Below are positions 25,530-39,357 of a stretch of 64,000 nt of DNA, piece after piece (positions within the stretch are counted from its first letter, which is position 1; every line of letters starts with the position of its first letter). The DNA comes from Octopus vulgaris. Lineage: Eukaryota. The stretch spans positions 38,688,001-38,752,000 of the forward strand of contig OX597818.1 in assembly GCA_951406725.2 (NCBI GenBank). Reading direction: 5' to 3'. Made by a program: the position numbers and the translations under genes. Below the pieces are notes generated by a model, which saw nothing but the letters and a program-made list of their open reading frames with translations, was not told the origin of the DNA and did not search any database.

Positions 25530-26411
25530 AAAGACATATAGAATTTAATTAAATTAAAACAGATGGACACATTAGTATACTTTTATCTAAAACCTCCAAG
25601 AAGGTAAGGACATAGACAAAGAACATGCTGTCTTCACTTCAGCTTAGAAGCTGAAGAGAAAACAGCATGTTCTTTGAATGTCGGGCCTCACAGAGGCGAC
25701 AAGAGACCAAGGTTTTTGGCGACATGCTGTGCTTGAGAAGGCTCATCAAGCCAAGTGAAATCATAGCTGGAGCCATCACCTGTGTCATGCATTTGACATC
25801 CATGAAATCGTAGTTGTGGCTGTTACCAGTGTCATGCCGGTGGCATGTAAAAGCACTCATTACACTCTTGGAGGGGTTGGTGTTAAGAAGGACATCAACC
25901 ATAGAGACCATGCTAAATAAGACTGGAACCTGGTGCAGCCCTCTGGCTTACTGGTTCCTGTCAAACCATCTAACTTGTGCCAGCATGGAAAGCGGTCGTT
26001 AATTGATGATGAAGATGATGATGATGGTGATGTATGTATGCGTGGTCAAGAAGTTTATTAAGAAACCACACGGTTTCAGTCTCAATGTGGCTCCATCAGC
26101 ATGTGTCTTCAACCATAGCTTACAATGACTTGTGAGTGTATTTAGTGAATAGAAACCCATTGGAGGCCCATTTCATGTGGAAGCTATTGTGTGTGTGTGT
26201 GTGTGTGGGGGCATGCATGCACATGTGTGCATATCTCCCACCATCTGCCAACCAACATTGATTTGTTTACACAACCTTGTAACTTTCTGGTTTGGCAAAA
26301 AGAAACTGGTAGAATGAGATTAAATCCAATGATTAAAATAAGTAAAAATAAAATAGAATAAAATGAGGAATAGAAAAATAAGCATTTTTAAAGATAAAAT
26401 AATATTCTTAC

Positions 26412-26523
26412 CTGTTAGTTATTACATCATCCCATACTTTCACAGGGTCTTCCAAGAGGCTAGGAGTTTGTTTTTCCCAACAATTAAACAACCGGTTAAT
26501 TGAAGAGCAAGACTTTATCTTCT
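26412..26523 (-). CDS. PRKDC: PRKDC exon w15 (...DPVKVWDDVITNR)
   Basis: cag acceptor, GTAAGA donor, 112 nt; human DPMNIWDDIITNR. Confidence 0.95.
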
Positions 26524-26983
26524 CTGTTGTTAAAAGTAAATGAGAAGTACAGAGTCAAGACTATTGGAAAGGTTGCAAGACGCAATGAAAATTTTAGGAA
26601 AATAAAAATAAGAAATAAGTGGAAATTTTATCATAGAGTATGTTACATTATAAGGCACAAAAAGAAAATGACTCACCTCAGACACAACAGAAGTATATAT
26701 ATATATAAACACACAAACAAACACATGTAAAATATAAAGAAAGAATAAAGGTATAAAATGAATATATCTATTTTACCAGGTGATATCCATATAATGATGA
26801 ACATTTAGTAGCCTTTATCATATAAAAACAATTTATTTTGTGTATAATGAATAATAAATTATTTTACATGCCTGTATTTATGGACATAATATAAATTATA
26901 TAATATAGTTGTACGATTTAAAAATGCTTGCTTATCAAAGAATATCAAAGAATAGTTTCTTTCATTCATTAACGCAATACATA

Positions 26984-28273
26984 CAAGGGGCGTTCAATAA
27001 GTAATGTCCCTGACCCACTTCCCATAGCAGTAGAGCAACGAAACTTGGCACAGTTATTAGTCTTTTTCTACATAGGAACCACCCAGAGTTACGCATTTCT
27101 CCCATTGCTTGATGCAGCTCTGGAGACCGTTTTTGTAGAAGACCCCAGCTTGGTCCTCCAACCTGAACGTGACTTCAGAAATCAAGGCTGCATCATCTGG
27201 GAAACGCTTTCCTTTCAAAAACAACTTCATGACTGGGAAGAGGTGAAAATCAGAGGGTGCAAGGTCAGGAAAGTAGGGGGATGGGGGAGGAGTTCATAGC
27301 CATACGCCTGTGCTTCTGATCTGGCGACAAGCGAGTTGTGGACCGGAGCGTTGTCCTGCAGGAGGAGGATGCCTTTGCTGATCTTGCCCCGCCTCTTGAT
27401 TTTGATAACTTCTCTTAATTTCCTCAAAAGTGAAGCATAATAGGCTCCTGCAATTGTGGTACCCTTTGCCAGGAAATCTGTCATCACTACTCCGTCCTGG
27501 TCCCAGAAGACTGTGAGCATGACTTTGCCAGCGGAGGGCTGCACCCTTGCCTTCTTTGGAGGGGGTGAGTCACGGTGCTTCCACTGCATTGACTGGGCTT
27601 TGGTCTCTGGATCATCGTAATGGACCCAGGTTTCATCCTGTGTACTCAGTCTTTTGAAAAATTTTGACTCATCTTCTTGGCACATCCCTAAATTCTTGCT
27701 TCTGGAATTTTTGCGTTCTTGCTTCTGGAAAAGTGTGAGCAACCTGGGAATCCATCTGGCAGACACCTTTTGCATATGCAAATGGTCATGAATGATAGTT
27801 CCCACAGACCCGGTACTAATCTTGACCTCATGGGCTATTTGGCGAATAATTATGCGTCGATCTTCCAAAATGGCAGCCTCAACTTGACGGACAGATGCCT
27901 CATCAATGGCAGAAGGGGCGACCAGATCTGGGAGCTGTTTCCACAGAGTTCCGACCATGTTTGAATTCACGATGCCAGCGTTTTACAAGGTCATATGATG
28001 GGGCATCATCACCATAAGTTACTTTCATTTCATCAAAAGTCTCCCGTGGTGTGCGTCCTTTCAAATACAAAAACCGGATCACTGCTCAACACTCAACAGG
28101 CTCCATTTCACACTTGACTCGGTTCAAACACCTGTAAATCAGAAACCACAATTAATTCAGAGCTGTAATTTGCCACTTACTCTATAGAGATATAAATGAT
28201 TGCACATGCAAAATTTCAGCTAGATCAAACAACTGCAAGTGGGTCAGAGGCATTACTTATAGAACGTCCCTCG
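26984..28273 (-). mobile_element. Full-length mariner (DD34D) transposon, transposase disrupted
   Basis: TIRs CAAGGGGCGTTCAATAAGTAATG / CATTACTTATAGAACGTCCCTCG, TA flanks, 1290 bp; ORF 27227-27970 has WIPRLL, TQDETWV, GKVMLTVFWD, LQDNAPVH; frameshift at HPPYSPDL. Confidence 0.95.
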
Positions 28274-28279
28274 TATATA

Positions 28280-30065
28280 CAGGGTGTGTAAGATATTTGA
28301 GGACAGATTTATGTTTGTAAAAAAACAGATATATAATAACAGATAATCAAAAAATGCTACGAGGATAAAAATAAACCTTTTCTATAATGTTATTCAATAA
28401 AGCTACCTTCAGCTTCAACAACTGTTTCTATACGAGATCTAAATCATCTACATGCTCGAATCAAGTGGTCCTGGTTCATTTCGGACATTATGATGACTAT
28501 GGAAGCTTTCAAAGAATCTTTGGGGTTATGAGAATGTTCACTGACCCCTCTCTCAACAATGCTCCATGTGTAATAGTCTAATGAATTGAGATCTGGGGAA
28601 TTAGGAGGCCAAATGTTAGGGGTTATGTGATCATGAAAATTTTCAGCCATCCATTCCTGTGTTACTAGAGCCATGTGTGATAGTGTAGAGTCTTAATGAA
28701 ACACATATGGTCTTCCATTGCATACACTGTCTGTCCAGGGTGTAACAATTATTTCCAGGATCTCAGTGTAGGTGGCAGAGTTAACTCTAAGGCCTTGTGG
28801 AAATAAGTGAGGAAGCATCACATGTCCTGCATTGCTGACAACCCCTAAAACCATGACAGTTGTAGGAAATTTTGCATAACACTTGGAACTTCAGAAAGGT
28901 CCGCACATAACCATCTGCCATTTCTTTTATTAACTTTCTGATCTTGGTTGAAGTTTTTCTTGTTTGAGAAAAACTAAACCAAATTTTCTTCTGCTAGATT
29001 TTTCAGTTTGTTTAAGAACCTTTTAGATCTGATATAGTGATTGTCTTTTGCTTTTTCTGACAAACTGATCTTTCCTGATCATATAAGACTTAAATCTGAT
29101 GTCTTTGTGGACAACATTTCTGATTGTTCTTTCTGACACATGGAGATCTTTTGCAACTGACCTCATGGACTTTCTGGGATTGTAATCAATGGTCTGTTGA
29201 ACTTGCTGCATAAATTCAGGTTTTCTGATGATTTCAGAGAATTTAGAATGCATTAAGACCCAGCAGGACAAGTGAGACCATAACCCGTGGCCTCTACCTG
29301 GGATGTAGCCAGTCCACTTATGCATACCTTTCCTTCTTGGGACACAAAACTCTACTTGTGAAGACCTGTTGAGGCAAGTGAAAATCAAAATCGAAATCGA
29401 TCAGCATCAATGGAAATTGTAGCTGTGATACCAGTGCCGGTGGCACGTAAGAGAACCATCCGAACGTGGCTGTTGCCAGCACCGCCTCGACTGGCCTCCA
29501 TGCCGGTGGCATGTAAAAAGCACCATCCGATCATGGCCGTTGCCAGCCTCACCTGGCCTGCGTGCCAGTGGCAAGTAAAAAGCACCATTCTGATCATGGC
29601 CGTTTGCCAGCCTCGTCTGGCACGTAAAAAGCACCCACTACACTCACGAAATGGTTGGCATTAGGAAGGGCATCCAGCCATAGAAACATTGCCAGATCAG
29701 ACTGGGCCTGGTGCAGCCTTTGGGCTTCCCAGACCCCAGTTGAACCGTCCAACCCATGCTAGCATGGAAAGTTGACATTAAACGATGATGATGATGATGA
29801 TGATGATGATACTGGTGATACATTTCTATCTTCAGTCTCTAGCTCCTTACAAACTTTGTAGACAAAAGAGCCGGCAACTTTTAAAAATCAAGATATTTCT
29901 AAATCACTATGCTCAGCCTTTATAACCACAATAACAGCATGCCTCTTCATTTCTTAAGCGGAGGATCTGCCATTATTATTTTCTGAAACAAAGACTATAC
30001 AGATTTAGCAAAAAATGCAGCAATGACCCCAAAAATTTATGTCCTCAAATACCTTACACACCCTG
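28280..30065 (-). mobile_element. Tc1/mariner element, maT (DD37D)-like, degenerate, with nested RTE-tail repeat
   Basis: TIRs CAGGGTGTGTAAGATATTTGAGGACA / TGTCCTCAAATACCTTACACACCCTG; peptides WPPNSPDLNSLDY and NPRKSMRSVAKDLHVSERTIRNVV. Confidence 0.88.
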
Positions 30066-30892
30066 TCAACCTTTAAAATATTGATATATGGAAGACAATA
30101 AGTAATAAAATTAATTAAATGGAATACTATGGGAGGGAGGAGGGAGATTTAACAAATATTGGTTTCAAATTTTAGCACAAGGTCAGCAAGTTCGGGGTAG
30201 GGAGCGGGGTAAGTTTATTACATTGACCCCAGCACTCAACTTGTCCTTATTTCATTGACCTTGAAAGGTTGAAAGGCAAAGTTGACCATGGCAGAATATG
30301 ATCTCAGAATGTAAAGACACACAAAATGCTTGGACTGTAATAGCAAATTTTAATATTCCTTTCTACCACAGGTACAATGCCTGGAATGTTGGAGGATGAG
30401 GATGTCAATTACATTCCAGTGCTGAATTGGTACTTATTTTATCAGCCCAAATGGATGAAAGGTAATGTTGACCTCAGCAGAATTTGAACTCAGAATCTAA
30501 AGATGGACAAAATGCCACTGAACATTTTTCCTGGTGTATTAATGATTCTGCCAGCTCACCACTATATAGCATAATTTAATACTGGTTTCAAATTTTATCA
30601 TAAAGCCATCAAATTGTGGGGAATGTAATCCAATTAGATAGATTGCAGTGCCCAACTGGTACTTATTTTATCAACCCCAATAGGATGGAAAACAAGTTCA
30701 GCACAATTTGAACTTGGAACTTCAGGATAGATGAAATGCCACTAAGCATTTTGCATGGTGTGTTAACGATTGTGCCAGCTTACTGCCTTAAATAGCATAA
30801 TTTAATATTAACAGTTTAATTTAACAACCACTTTAATTTAGTTTTTAGTTTAATTTAATTTTTAGTCTAATTTAACATTCAAAACCCTCTAC

Positions 30893-31001
30893 CTTTGTTC
30901 TTGAAGAAAGACAAAAAGTTCTGTATTTCAGACAGAACCTGCAGGTTTTGTAGAAGATATTTACGTCGTGACTTCATAAGTATATCAGTGTTTGACCATT
31001 C
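30893..31001 (-). CDS. PRKDC: PRKDC exon w14 (EWSNTDILMKSRRKYLLQNLQVLSEIQNFLSFFKNK)
   Basis: cag acceptor, GTAGAG donor, 109 nt. Confidence 0.92.
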
Positions 31002-33750
31002 CTGTAAAGATATAAGAAGTATTTAAATGGTATAATTATTAATTTATTGCATAATGATTCTATCGAAGACCGGTGATTGTCATCGCTGACGTCAGGTAAA
31101 TACCCAGAAACCCGGGTCTGTGCGTATCACGTCAAGTCGACAAAGGGAAGGATGGCTTCCCTTTGCAAATACTGATAAGGCACAGAAAGTGTGTCACTAG
31201 CCAGCTGCAGAAGATGTTCTCTTGGGGCTACAAGCTACAGTAGCATCTAGCCTTAGTGGTTACCCACATTTAAGTGGTAAATATACTTCCTGTTGTCGTG
31301 CAGCTACTATTTATACCTCATTCAGAGATTTATTATTGATTCTATTTTCTTTATTTATTTTAACCAATTTTATCATTTGATTGAACAGTGGTATTAATAA
31401 TTTAAATCACATATGGTTGAGTGGAAGTTTACTTTGCAGCTATATAGTTCCAAGTTCAATTTCACCTTAAGGCACCTTGCAAATGTCTTCAACCGAAGAC
31501 TTTGGTCAAGCTAGGTGACTTGGATGACAGATGTAATTCATTACTCAGTTAAAACCAATACTTGGCACCTTGGATGCCTTCAATGTAGTTCCCTTTCTTG
31601 CCAGCAATTAGGCCAAGTTTCTGGTTTGAGGATAGCTTCCTCCCTCCCACCTACAAGTCTTAGAGGCTCAGCTTTCCCTTCTGCCTTCTTCAAGTTAAGA
31701 TTTTGATGGTGCTGAGAACTTACTTTTGGACTGAATTCAGCTGGTTGAGTATGTTATGTGAAGCATTAAGCTAGTATAAGCAAATGTACTTTTGAGTGAG
31801 AGTAATGAGGTATGTATGATAGAATACATAATTATTTGTGATTAAGGAAACCATGTACATTATCTTGTTCACATCCTAAACCTGATTGATACTTATGAAA
31901 TTAAAAACTTTATCATATACATTACTATATGTAATATTTATATATGTGTAATTATTTATACTTAAACATAGGATGTATTTGAAAACTAATATCTTTTGAA
32001 TTAGAAGAGTATCTTTTATATATTTTTATATCAACATCATGTTAATGTTCACTTTTTCATGCTTGCATGGGTCAGATGAAATTTATAGGGGAAAATTTTA
32101 TTCAGCCAGATGTCCTCCCTGTTGCCTCACCTGTTGCTAAGCAAAATCATATTTTCCCAAGGTCACATGTCTGACAGACAACTAGATATGAATGAAGCTT
32201 GTTTTCTTTTTGTTACAACCATCATGAAATACCAACACAAAGGCATATACACACATGTGCATGTGTATGTGTGTTCTGATCTCTAACTGTGGAGGGAACC
32301 TGCAGAAGAGGTAGACTCAGAAAGACGTGAGATGAGGTAATGAAGCATGGTCTTCGAACGTGGGGACTTACAGAGGCGATAACAAGTGATCATGACCTTC
32401 GGTAATTTCCAGTGCTTGAGAAGACGCATCAAACCAAATGAAATTGTAGTTGTGGCCAATACCAGTGACACATTACAGTATCCATGCTGGTGATACGTAA
32501 AAACACCCATGCTGGTGACACATAAGAGGCACACACCACACTCTTGGAGTGGTTGGTATTTGGAAGAACATCCAGCTGTAGAAACCAAGTCAAATTCAGA
32601 CTGGAACCTGGTGTAATGCTCTGGTTTACCATTTCCAATCAAGCCATATAACCCAATCCTGCATGGAAAGCAGACATTAAATGATGAAGCTGATGATATA
32701 TATATATATATATCATCATCATCGTTTAACATCCGCTTTCTATGCTAACATGGGTTGGATGGTTCGACTGGGGTCTGGGAAGCCAGGAGGCTGCACCAGG
32801 CCCAGTTTGATCTGGCAGTGTTTCTACAGCTGAATGCCCTTTCTAACGCCAACCATTCCGTGAGTGTAGTGGGTGCTTTCTACATGCCACCGGCACGGTG
32901 CTAGGTGAGGTTGGCAACGGCCACAATTGGTTGGTACTTTTTACGTGCCACTGGCATGGAGGCCAATATATATCATCATCATCATCATCATTTAACAACC
33001 ACTTTTCCTGCTAGTATAGGTTGGATGGTTTGACAGGGGCTGGTTAGGCAGAAGACTGCACTAGGCTTCCCTGTCTGTTTTGAAAGGGTTTTTACAGCTA
33101 GATGCCCTTCCTAACAACAACTACCTTATATAGTTTCACTGTATTGACCAAACTATCAGATGTCATACACTGCTGGTCACAATGTGTCTCCTCACATTGT
33201 TGTAGCCCAAATAGTGCCACCTCGCTGGCTAGGTGGCAGACCAACATTCCCACTGGACTGGATGCCAACCCATCGCAGGTTTACTCTTTTACAGCAGAGT
33301 GGACTGGAGCAACATCAAATAAAGTGATTGGATCAAAAACACAATGCACAGCTCTGTCCAGAGATCAAAGCCATGCTCTTGTGATTGTGAGTGCAATACC
33401 TTAACCACTATGTCACACAACAGATTTCTTTCAGTTTCTGTAACCCAAATCCATTTACAAGGCTTTGGTCAGCCTGGAGCTATAGTAGAAGATGCTTGTC
33501 CAAGGTAACGAAAGCATGTTGTTGGGAAATAAGCTTCTTAATCAACACCTAGCCTGTGCCTATAACATACTTTATTTGATAGTTTGATAGTAAAATTTTG
33601 TTCTGGATAGAACAGTAAATATGTAACTAACATTTTTCTACATAAATTATGATTCTTTTTCCTGAATATAAGTAGTTCAATATTTCTTACAAAAGTAGAA
33701 GTATGTAGATATTCTAATGAAATCACATGTAAAATGAAATTTTGACTCAC

Positions 33751-33849
33751 CAGTAGAAACTGCTGAATAGCATTATTTATGTAAATCAAAGCTTTGTCAT
33801 AATTCTCTTGCCACAGAAACATCAAGGAGAGTTCTTTGGAAAACTGATG
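33751..33849 (-). CDS. PRKDC: PRKDC exon w13 (HQFSKELSLMFLWQENYDKALIYINNAIQQFLL)
   Basis: cag acceptor, GTGAGT donor, 99 nt. Confidence 0.93.
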
Positions 33850-34879
33850 CTGTTTAAAAATAAGAATAACTAGATTTGTAGAACAAGCTGAAAAGAATTT
33901 ATTATAATACCATAGTATCAAATTATAATACAAGTACAACACTGACTTTCGGGACACTGCAATTCTGGAACTTCTTATAAACCACAGTAACTTACCTTAA
34001 TGTACAGGTACATCGCTGTTGTGTCATCATCATTATCATCATCCTTATTTAATGTCTGTTTTCCATGCTAGCATGGGTAAGATAGTTTGATTGGAGCTGG
34101 TAAGCAGAAGAGCTGTCCCAGGCTTCAGTCTGTTTTGGCTTGGTTTCTTTGACTGAATGTCCTTCCTAATGCCAACCACTCCACAGAGTGTACCAGGTTT
34201 CTTCCACGTGTTACGGGTACCTGTTACATGCCACTGGCATGGGTGCCTTTTATGTGTCACTAACATGGATGCCTTTGGTGTGTATTTCATTCAATTATTT
34301 AAGTAAATTTAATGTTTGTTTAATTTAGAATGCTTTGATCAAGGTCAACATCCAGATTATTGATTTGGAAAAAAAGAGTATGACAAGTGATTGAGACCTT
34401 TAGCAATTTGCTGTGCTTGAGAAGACCCATCAAGCCAAGTGAAACCATAGTCACGGCTGGTGCCAGTGACATGTAAAAGGCACTGGTGCCAGTGATATGT
34501 AAAAGGCAACCACTACACTCTTGGAGTGGTTGGCATTAGGCAGGGCATCCAGCTGTTGAAATAATGCCAGATCAGACTGAAACCTGGTACAGCTCTCTGG
34601 CTTACCAGTTCCAGTCAAACCGTCTAACCCATGCCACCATGGAAAGTGGACGTGAAATGATGATGATGATGATGTATATGGTATATTTTATGCATATTTT
34701 AAAATTAAGTGTTGATGATACACACTCAGAAGATAGGTGTAAAACAATAAAAACTAGATGCCAATTAAGGATTGAAAAATGAAGAGAGAGTATTTTTTAT
34801 GCCTGAACATGAAGTTATTGGGAGACATGCAAAGCATCTCATCCAACCAGTAGTTAATTGTGTGCAAAAAAGCATTTAC

Positions 34880-35008
34880 CTCTAAAATGTTAGACTTAAA
34901 AGGTGATTTGAGAGCATTGTCAATAAATTTCAGAAACTCTGTCTGGTTTATGTCTTGCTGTTGCATTAATTTCAATTTAGATTGAATAAGAGGCTGCAGG
35001 TAGTTTTC
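34880..35008 (-). CDS. PRKDC: PRKDC exon w12 (ENYLQPLIQSKLKL...FIDNAL...NILE)
   Basis: cag acceptor, GTAAAT donor, 129 nt. Confidence 0.94.
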
Positions 35009-37181
35009 CTGAAATATCAAATTAAAGATGATTTAGAAACTCTGAATAAGTAAAAATATTAACTCAAATATATATGAATATATATAAAATACATATAAAA
35101 ATATATATAAAAATACATATAAAAAATATATATAAAATACGAGGAGATTTTACAAAAAAAAAAAACAAAAGACGAAGACAGGTGGTGTACAAAACAAACA
35201 GATGCATTAGTATAACGCTCAGGAATAGAAAAAGTCTTTTATGTTTCGAGCCTACGCTCTTCTACAGAAAGGGACACAGAAAAAAATAAGGAGAGAAACA
35301 AGGAGAGAAAAAAAGGAGAGAAAAAAATGTGTGTAGTGGCTAATGATCTATCATGGCAACTGGGTGCTGGACAATATTAACAATAAGGATTTCTTTTGGT
35401 TAGGTTGATGAATTATTTTGAAAGGTAGATGGATAAAAGAGATGAATTCAGCTTTCAAAGAAATAAATTTCAAAGATGACTGAGTCTAGCAGAATCAGAA
35501 CTCTGATTTTTGTATGTCTATGTGACAAGTGACGAGGTATTTAATTTGATGCTTCAGAGATTGAAGCATCAAATTAAATGTGGTAGAGTGAATAAGGAGG
35601 TATTCCTATGGTCTGCGATACGTGTGCTTAGAAAAGTTTCTAAAGTACACACTCTCACACATATGCATAAAAGTTCAGAAGAATTTTCATGTCAAGTTTT
35701 AATGCCTTGATATGTTGAACAATTAGCAGAAGTAAACATTATTGTAAGTGGCTGGCAAATTAATTTTAAACCATTTGAAATGCTTGTGAAACTTTAAAAT
35801 TTTGGTTAAAAAGTGTAGGTAAATTTTATATACGTGAATAATATAAATTGGACATGGGCGATCATTGTATTCTTTCTTGTCTTGAGGCTCACAGCCAAAC
35901 GGCTGGGTGGAATCACGTGAAAAATGGCACACATGTGGAGATGGGTGCATAGATTGGAATGCAGTTTGTATTTTTTTCCTAACTCCCATACTTACCGAGA
36001 AAATTAATTAAAACTTTTTCTAATGGAATTTCCCTCTTTCCTCTGCCATTAAAACAACCAGCTGTTTAGAAGCTGTTTTCTGACAGGGTGGGGTCAAGAA
36101 ATTTTCATATAGCTGGAGGCTTCAATCGAAACAGGGGACCCGAAATGATAAGGTTGACAAACGCTGTTATAGATTATGCCTAACTGAAAATGATTACAGC
36201 CACATCATCCAAACAGACCGGGTGAAACCGGGCTTAGCTGCTAGTAATTTATGAAAGGAGGGAACATAAACATACTGTGGTTATACAGTATTATAGTTAC
36301 TGCAACATATATGGTCACATAATTTGATGGAACAAAAACTGAATGAAGACCCTGTGTGTGTGTGTACGTGTACACGTATGCGTGTGTTTCTGTGTTTGTA
36401 TATCCTTGTCTTGACATGGCATGACGGTTGGAAATGTTTTTATTTCCCTGCAAGTGGTGTCATTTATTTCCAATCTTCTGTAAAACATGTTTGGCTAAGG
36501 GGAAATATTACCTAGCTTGGAAACAGTTAAGGGTTGATGACAGGAAGGGTGGCTATTCATGAAAAAAAAACCTATCTCAATGAATTCTGTCTGACCAATG
36601 CAAGCATGGAAAAGATGATGCTTTTACCCACACACATGAGGGAGCATGTCCTAGTGGTTAAGGCGTTCCACTCATGACTGTGAGATTATGGTTTCAATTC
36701 TTGGACCAGGTGGTGCAGTGAATTCTTGAGCAAACATTTCACCTCATGTTGTGCAGTGACCATTTTGACACCTGCTTTGTGGTACACCATGCACCTGTTC
36801 ATGCAACATCAATTTGATGGAGGTAGCGAATCAATGCACAGCACATACATGTGATCATTATAAAACATTTGTGAAAGTTGTTCAACAAGAAATTGCAAAA
36901 CCATCTTTGAGACTATGAGAGACAACCATATATATATATATATATATATACTTTTTTATGTACATGTTAACAAAGCAAGCAAGTGTGCCACATGAATGAG
37001 AATACTTCATCCAAAATGGAAACATATACCAACATTTTCATGTAGCACACTTGAACAATTGTGAAGGTCTTTACACATGAAACCATTGGTTGCTTTGTTA
37101 ACCCACAAATAAACAATATTCATCCACCAATGCAGTGTTAAGCACTCATCTTCACTGTTCAATATTAGTGTGTGTGTGTTA

Positions 37182-37230
<49 letters not shown>

Positions 37231-37401
37231 TATAACACCCATGCTAGCATGGAAAGCGGATGTTAAATGATGATAATGATGATACATACAAGGGAGTGCT
37301 GAAAGGTTCCTGGCTTTAAGGGTATTCCAAAAGGGTAGGGCTGTTATCTTTACAAGGGAGGGAGGACAACTATTTAGGAGAAGATAACCAGAAAATCACG
37401 A

Positions 37402-37965
37402 TCCATCCATCCATCCATCATTTTGAATCTGGGTTTTGTCCCTGTTAACAAGGGGGAGCCAGATCTACCTCAATACCAAAGCAACCACCCTCATACCATC
37501 TCGCCAACTTGCCCGGTTTTGGGCATCTTCCCTTCTCAAGCCAACCCTCCCAATCTCTTCCTCCACTTGTTCCTTGCACATTTTCTTCAGTCTACCTTGC
37601 TTTTGCCATCCATTCACCTCAAACTCTAGCACCCTTTTCAGAACGTGCTCCTCATCCCTCCTCAACACATGCCCATACCACCAAATTTCATTTGCCCTTG
37701 CCAGCCGTTCCACTGATTCCTCCAACCCCAGCATCCCCATCAAGTCCTCAGTCCTCCTCTTATCAAACAGCCTCATGCCACACATTTCTCTCTCAGTCCT
37801 TTTCAAAACTGCCATCTCTCTCTCTCTCTCTGTCAAACACCATTTCTCATTCCCATACAGCATTGCAGCTCTCACAAAACTCCTATAGACCTTTCCTTTC
37901 GTCTTCAATGAGAACCTTTTCCCATATAATAATGCTCCAAATTCCCTGAACTTCATGATGGTATA
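37402..37965 (-). mobile_element. RTE-clade LINE 3' fragment
   Basis: KGKVYRSFVRAAMLYGNEKW...WYGHVLRR C-terminal ORF2 motifs; (GATG)n tail. Confidence 0.85.
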
Positions 37966-38658
37966 CAATATATCTTTCTCTTTTTTGCAGATTTAACACA
38001 TGGTGGCAGCCTCTACAGTGGATTTTAGTAAAACTGAAGCATGGGCGGTCATGAAGTTCCTCTTTTTGCAAAGGCAAAGGAGTGGCCGAAATCCATGGTG
38101 AGATGAAAGAAGTCTCCAAGGATGACTGCTCATCTTACTCCACAGTGAAAATCTGGGTGTCATGGTTTCAGACTGATCATTTCACGGTCTCAGTTGAACC
38201 CCGGTCAAGACAATCAACTTCTGTGACCACAGAAGACGAAAGCTGATGTTGTGCATGTTATGATTCCTGAGGACCATTGGATTTCAGCTAAAGTAATAGC
38301 CAAGATTCTGAGGATTTCTAGTGAAAGAGATGGCCACATCATCCACAACATTCTGGACATGAGAAAGCTTTCTGCAAAATGGATGGTGAAATGACTCAAC
38401 AAAGATCAGAAGTACATCAGAGTAATGACAGTAAATGCGATTTTGGACCAGTTTGCAGCAGGAGAGGCTGATTTTATGTCTCATTTAGTCATCATGGATG
38501 AAACTTGGCTTCATCATTATGAACCCCAGACCAAGCAGCAATCAATGAAATGGTGCCACAGCAGTTCACTGCGTCCCAATAAGTTTTGGGCCCAGAAGTC
38601 AGCTGGAAATATTATGGCTTCAGCATTCTGGGATAAAAATGGAATACTCCTCATAAAA

Positions 38659-38971
38659 CAATTGCAGCAAAGAAGGTGTTTGTAAGCCATTTAAGAAACA
38701 CACAAAAGCCGTTCGATTCACTTCAACATTTAAGTTTAATTTGTCAAAATATTTTCGTCGCTTTAAGACTGCGACCTGTTCACTGACAAAATTCCGTCGT
38801 GGTCATAAAGCAATGAAAATATTTTGACAAATTAAATTTAAATGTTGAAGTGAATCGAACGGCTTTTGTGTGTTTCTTAAATGGCTTACAAACACCTTCC
38901 ACGCTGCAATTGTTTTCGTTTCAGCACACGATCTCAGATCAAATCACTTGCTATGCAAGTACATCTCCGTA
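38659..38971. mobile_element. Fold-back insertion with 13-bp TSD, Penelope-like pLTR derivative
   Basis: TSD ACTCCTCATAAAA at 38646-38658 and 38972-38984; about 110-bp inverted arms; hammerhead-like motif 38740-38790. Confidence 0.75.
38740..38790 (-). ncRNA. Minimal type I hammerhead-like motif, G3-C8 core variant
   Basis: TTTGTCA-GTGAACA-G-GTCGC(agtcttaaa)GCGAC-GAAAATATTT-TGACAAA: 7-bp stem I, 5-bp stem II, palindromic stem III. Confidence 0.55.
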
Positions 38972-39357
38972 ACTCCTCATAAAATACCTGCCAAAGGGTT
39001 ACACCATCAAAACTGAATACAACACACCTCTGTTGGATGAACTCCACGAAGCGTTGAAGCAGAAACATTGTGAAGAGCATGAAACTCTACAGAAAATACC
39101 TGACTTTGGCTTCAAATTGGTAGACCACCCATCTTACTCACCTAACTTGGCTCTTCTGACTATCACCTCATTCCACAACAATGAAATTTCACTCTGATTC
39201 AGAAGTGATTGCTGCTACAGAGGCCTGATAGAGTCCCAGCCTTCCGAGTTCTTTTACAAGGCTTAAAAAAACTGAAGGACCATTGCAATAAGTGTGTGAA
39301 TCATAATTAACTGATCTTCCTGTATATTTTTTTTATTGCAGAACTTTTCAGCACCCC

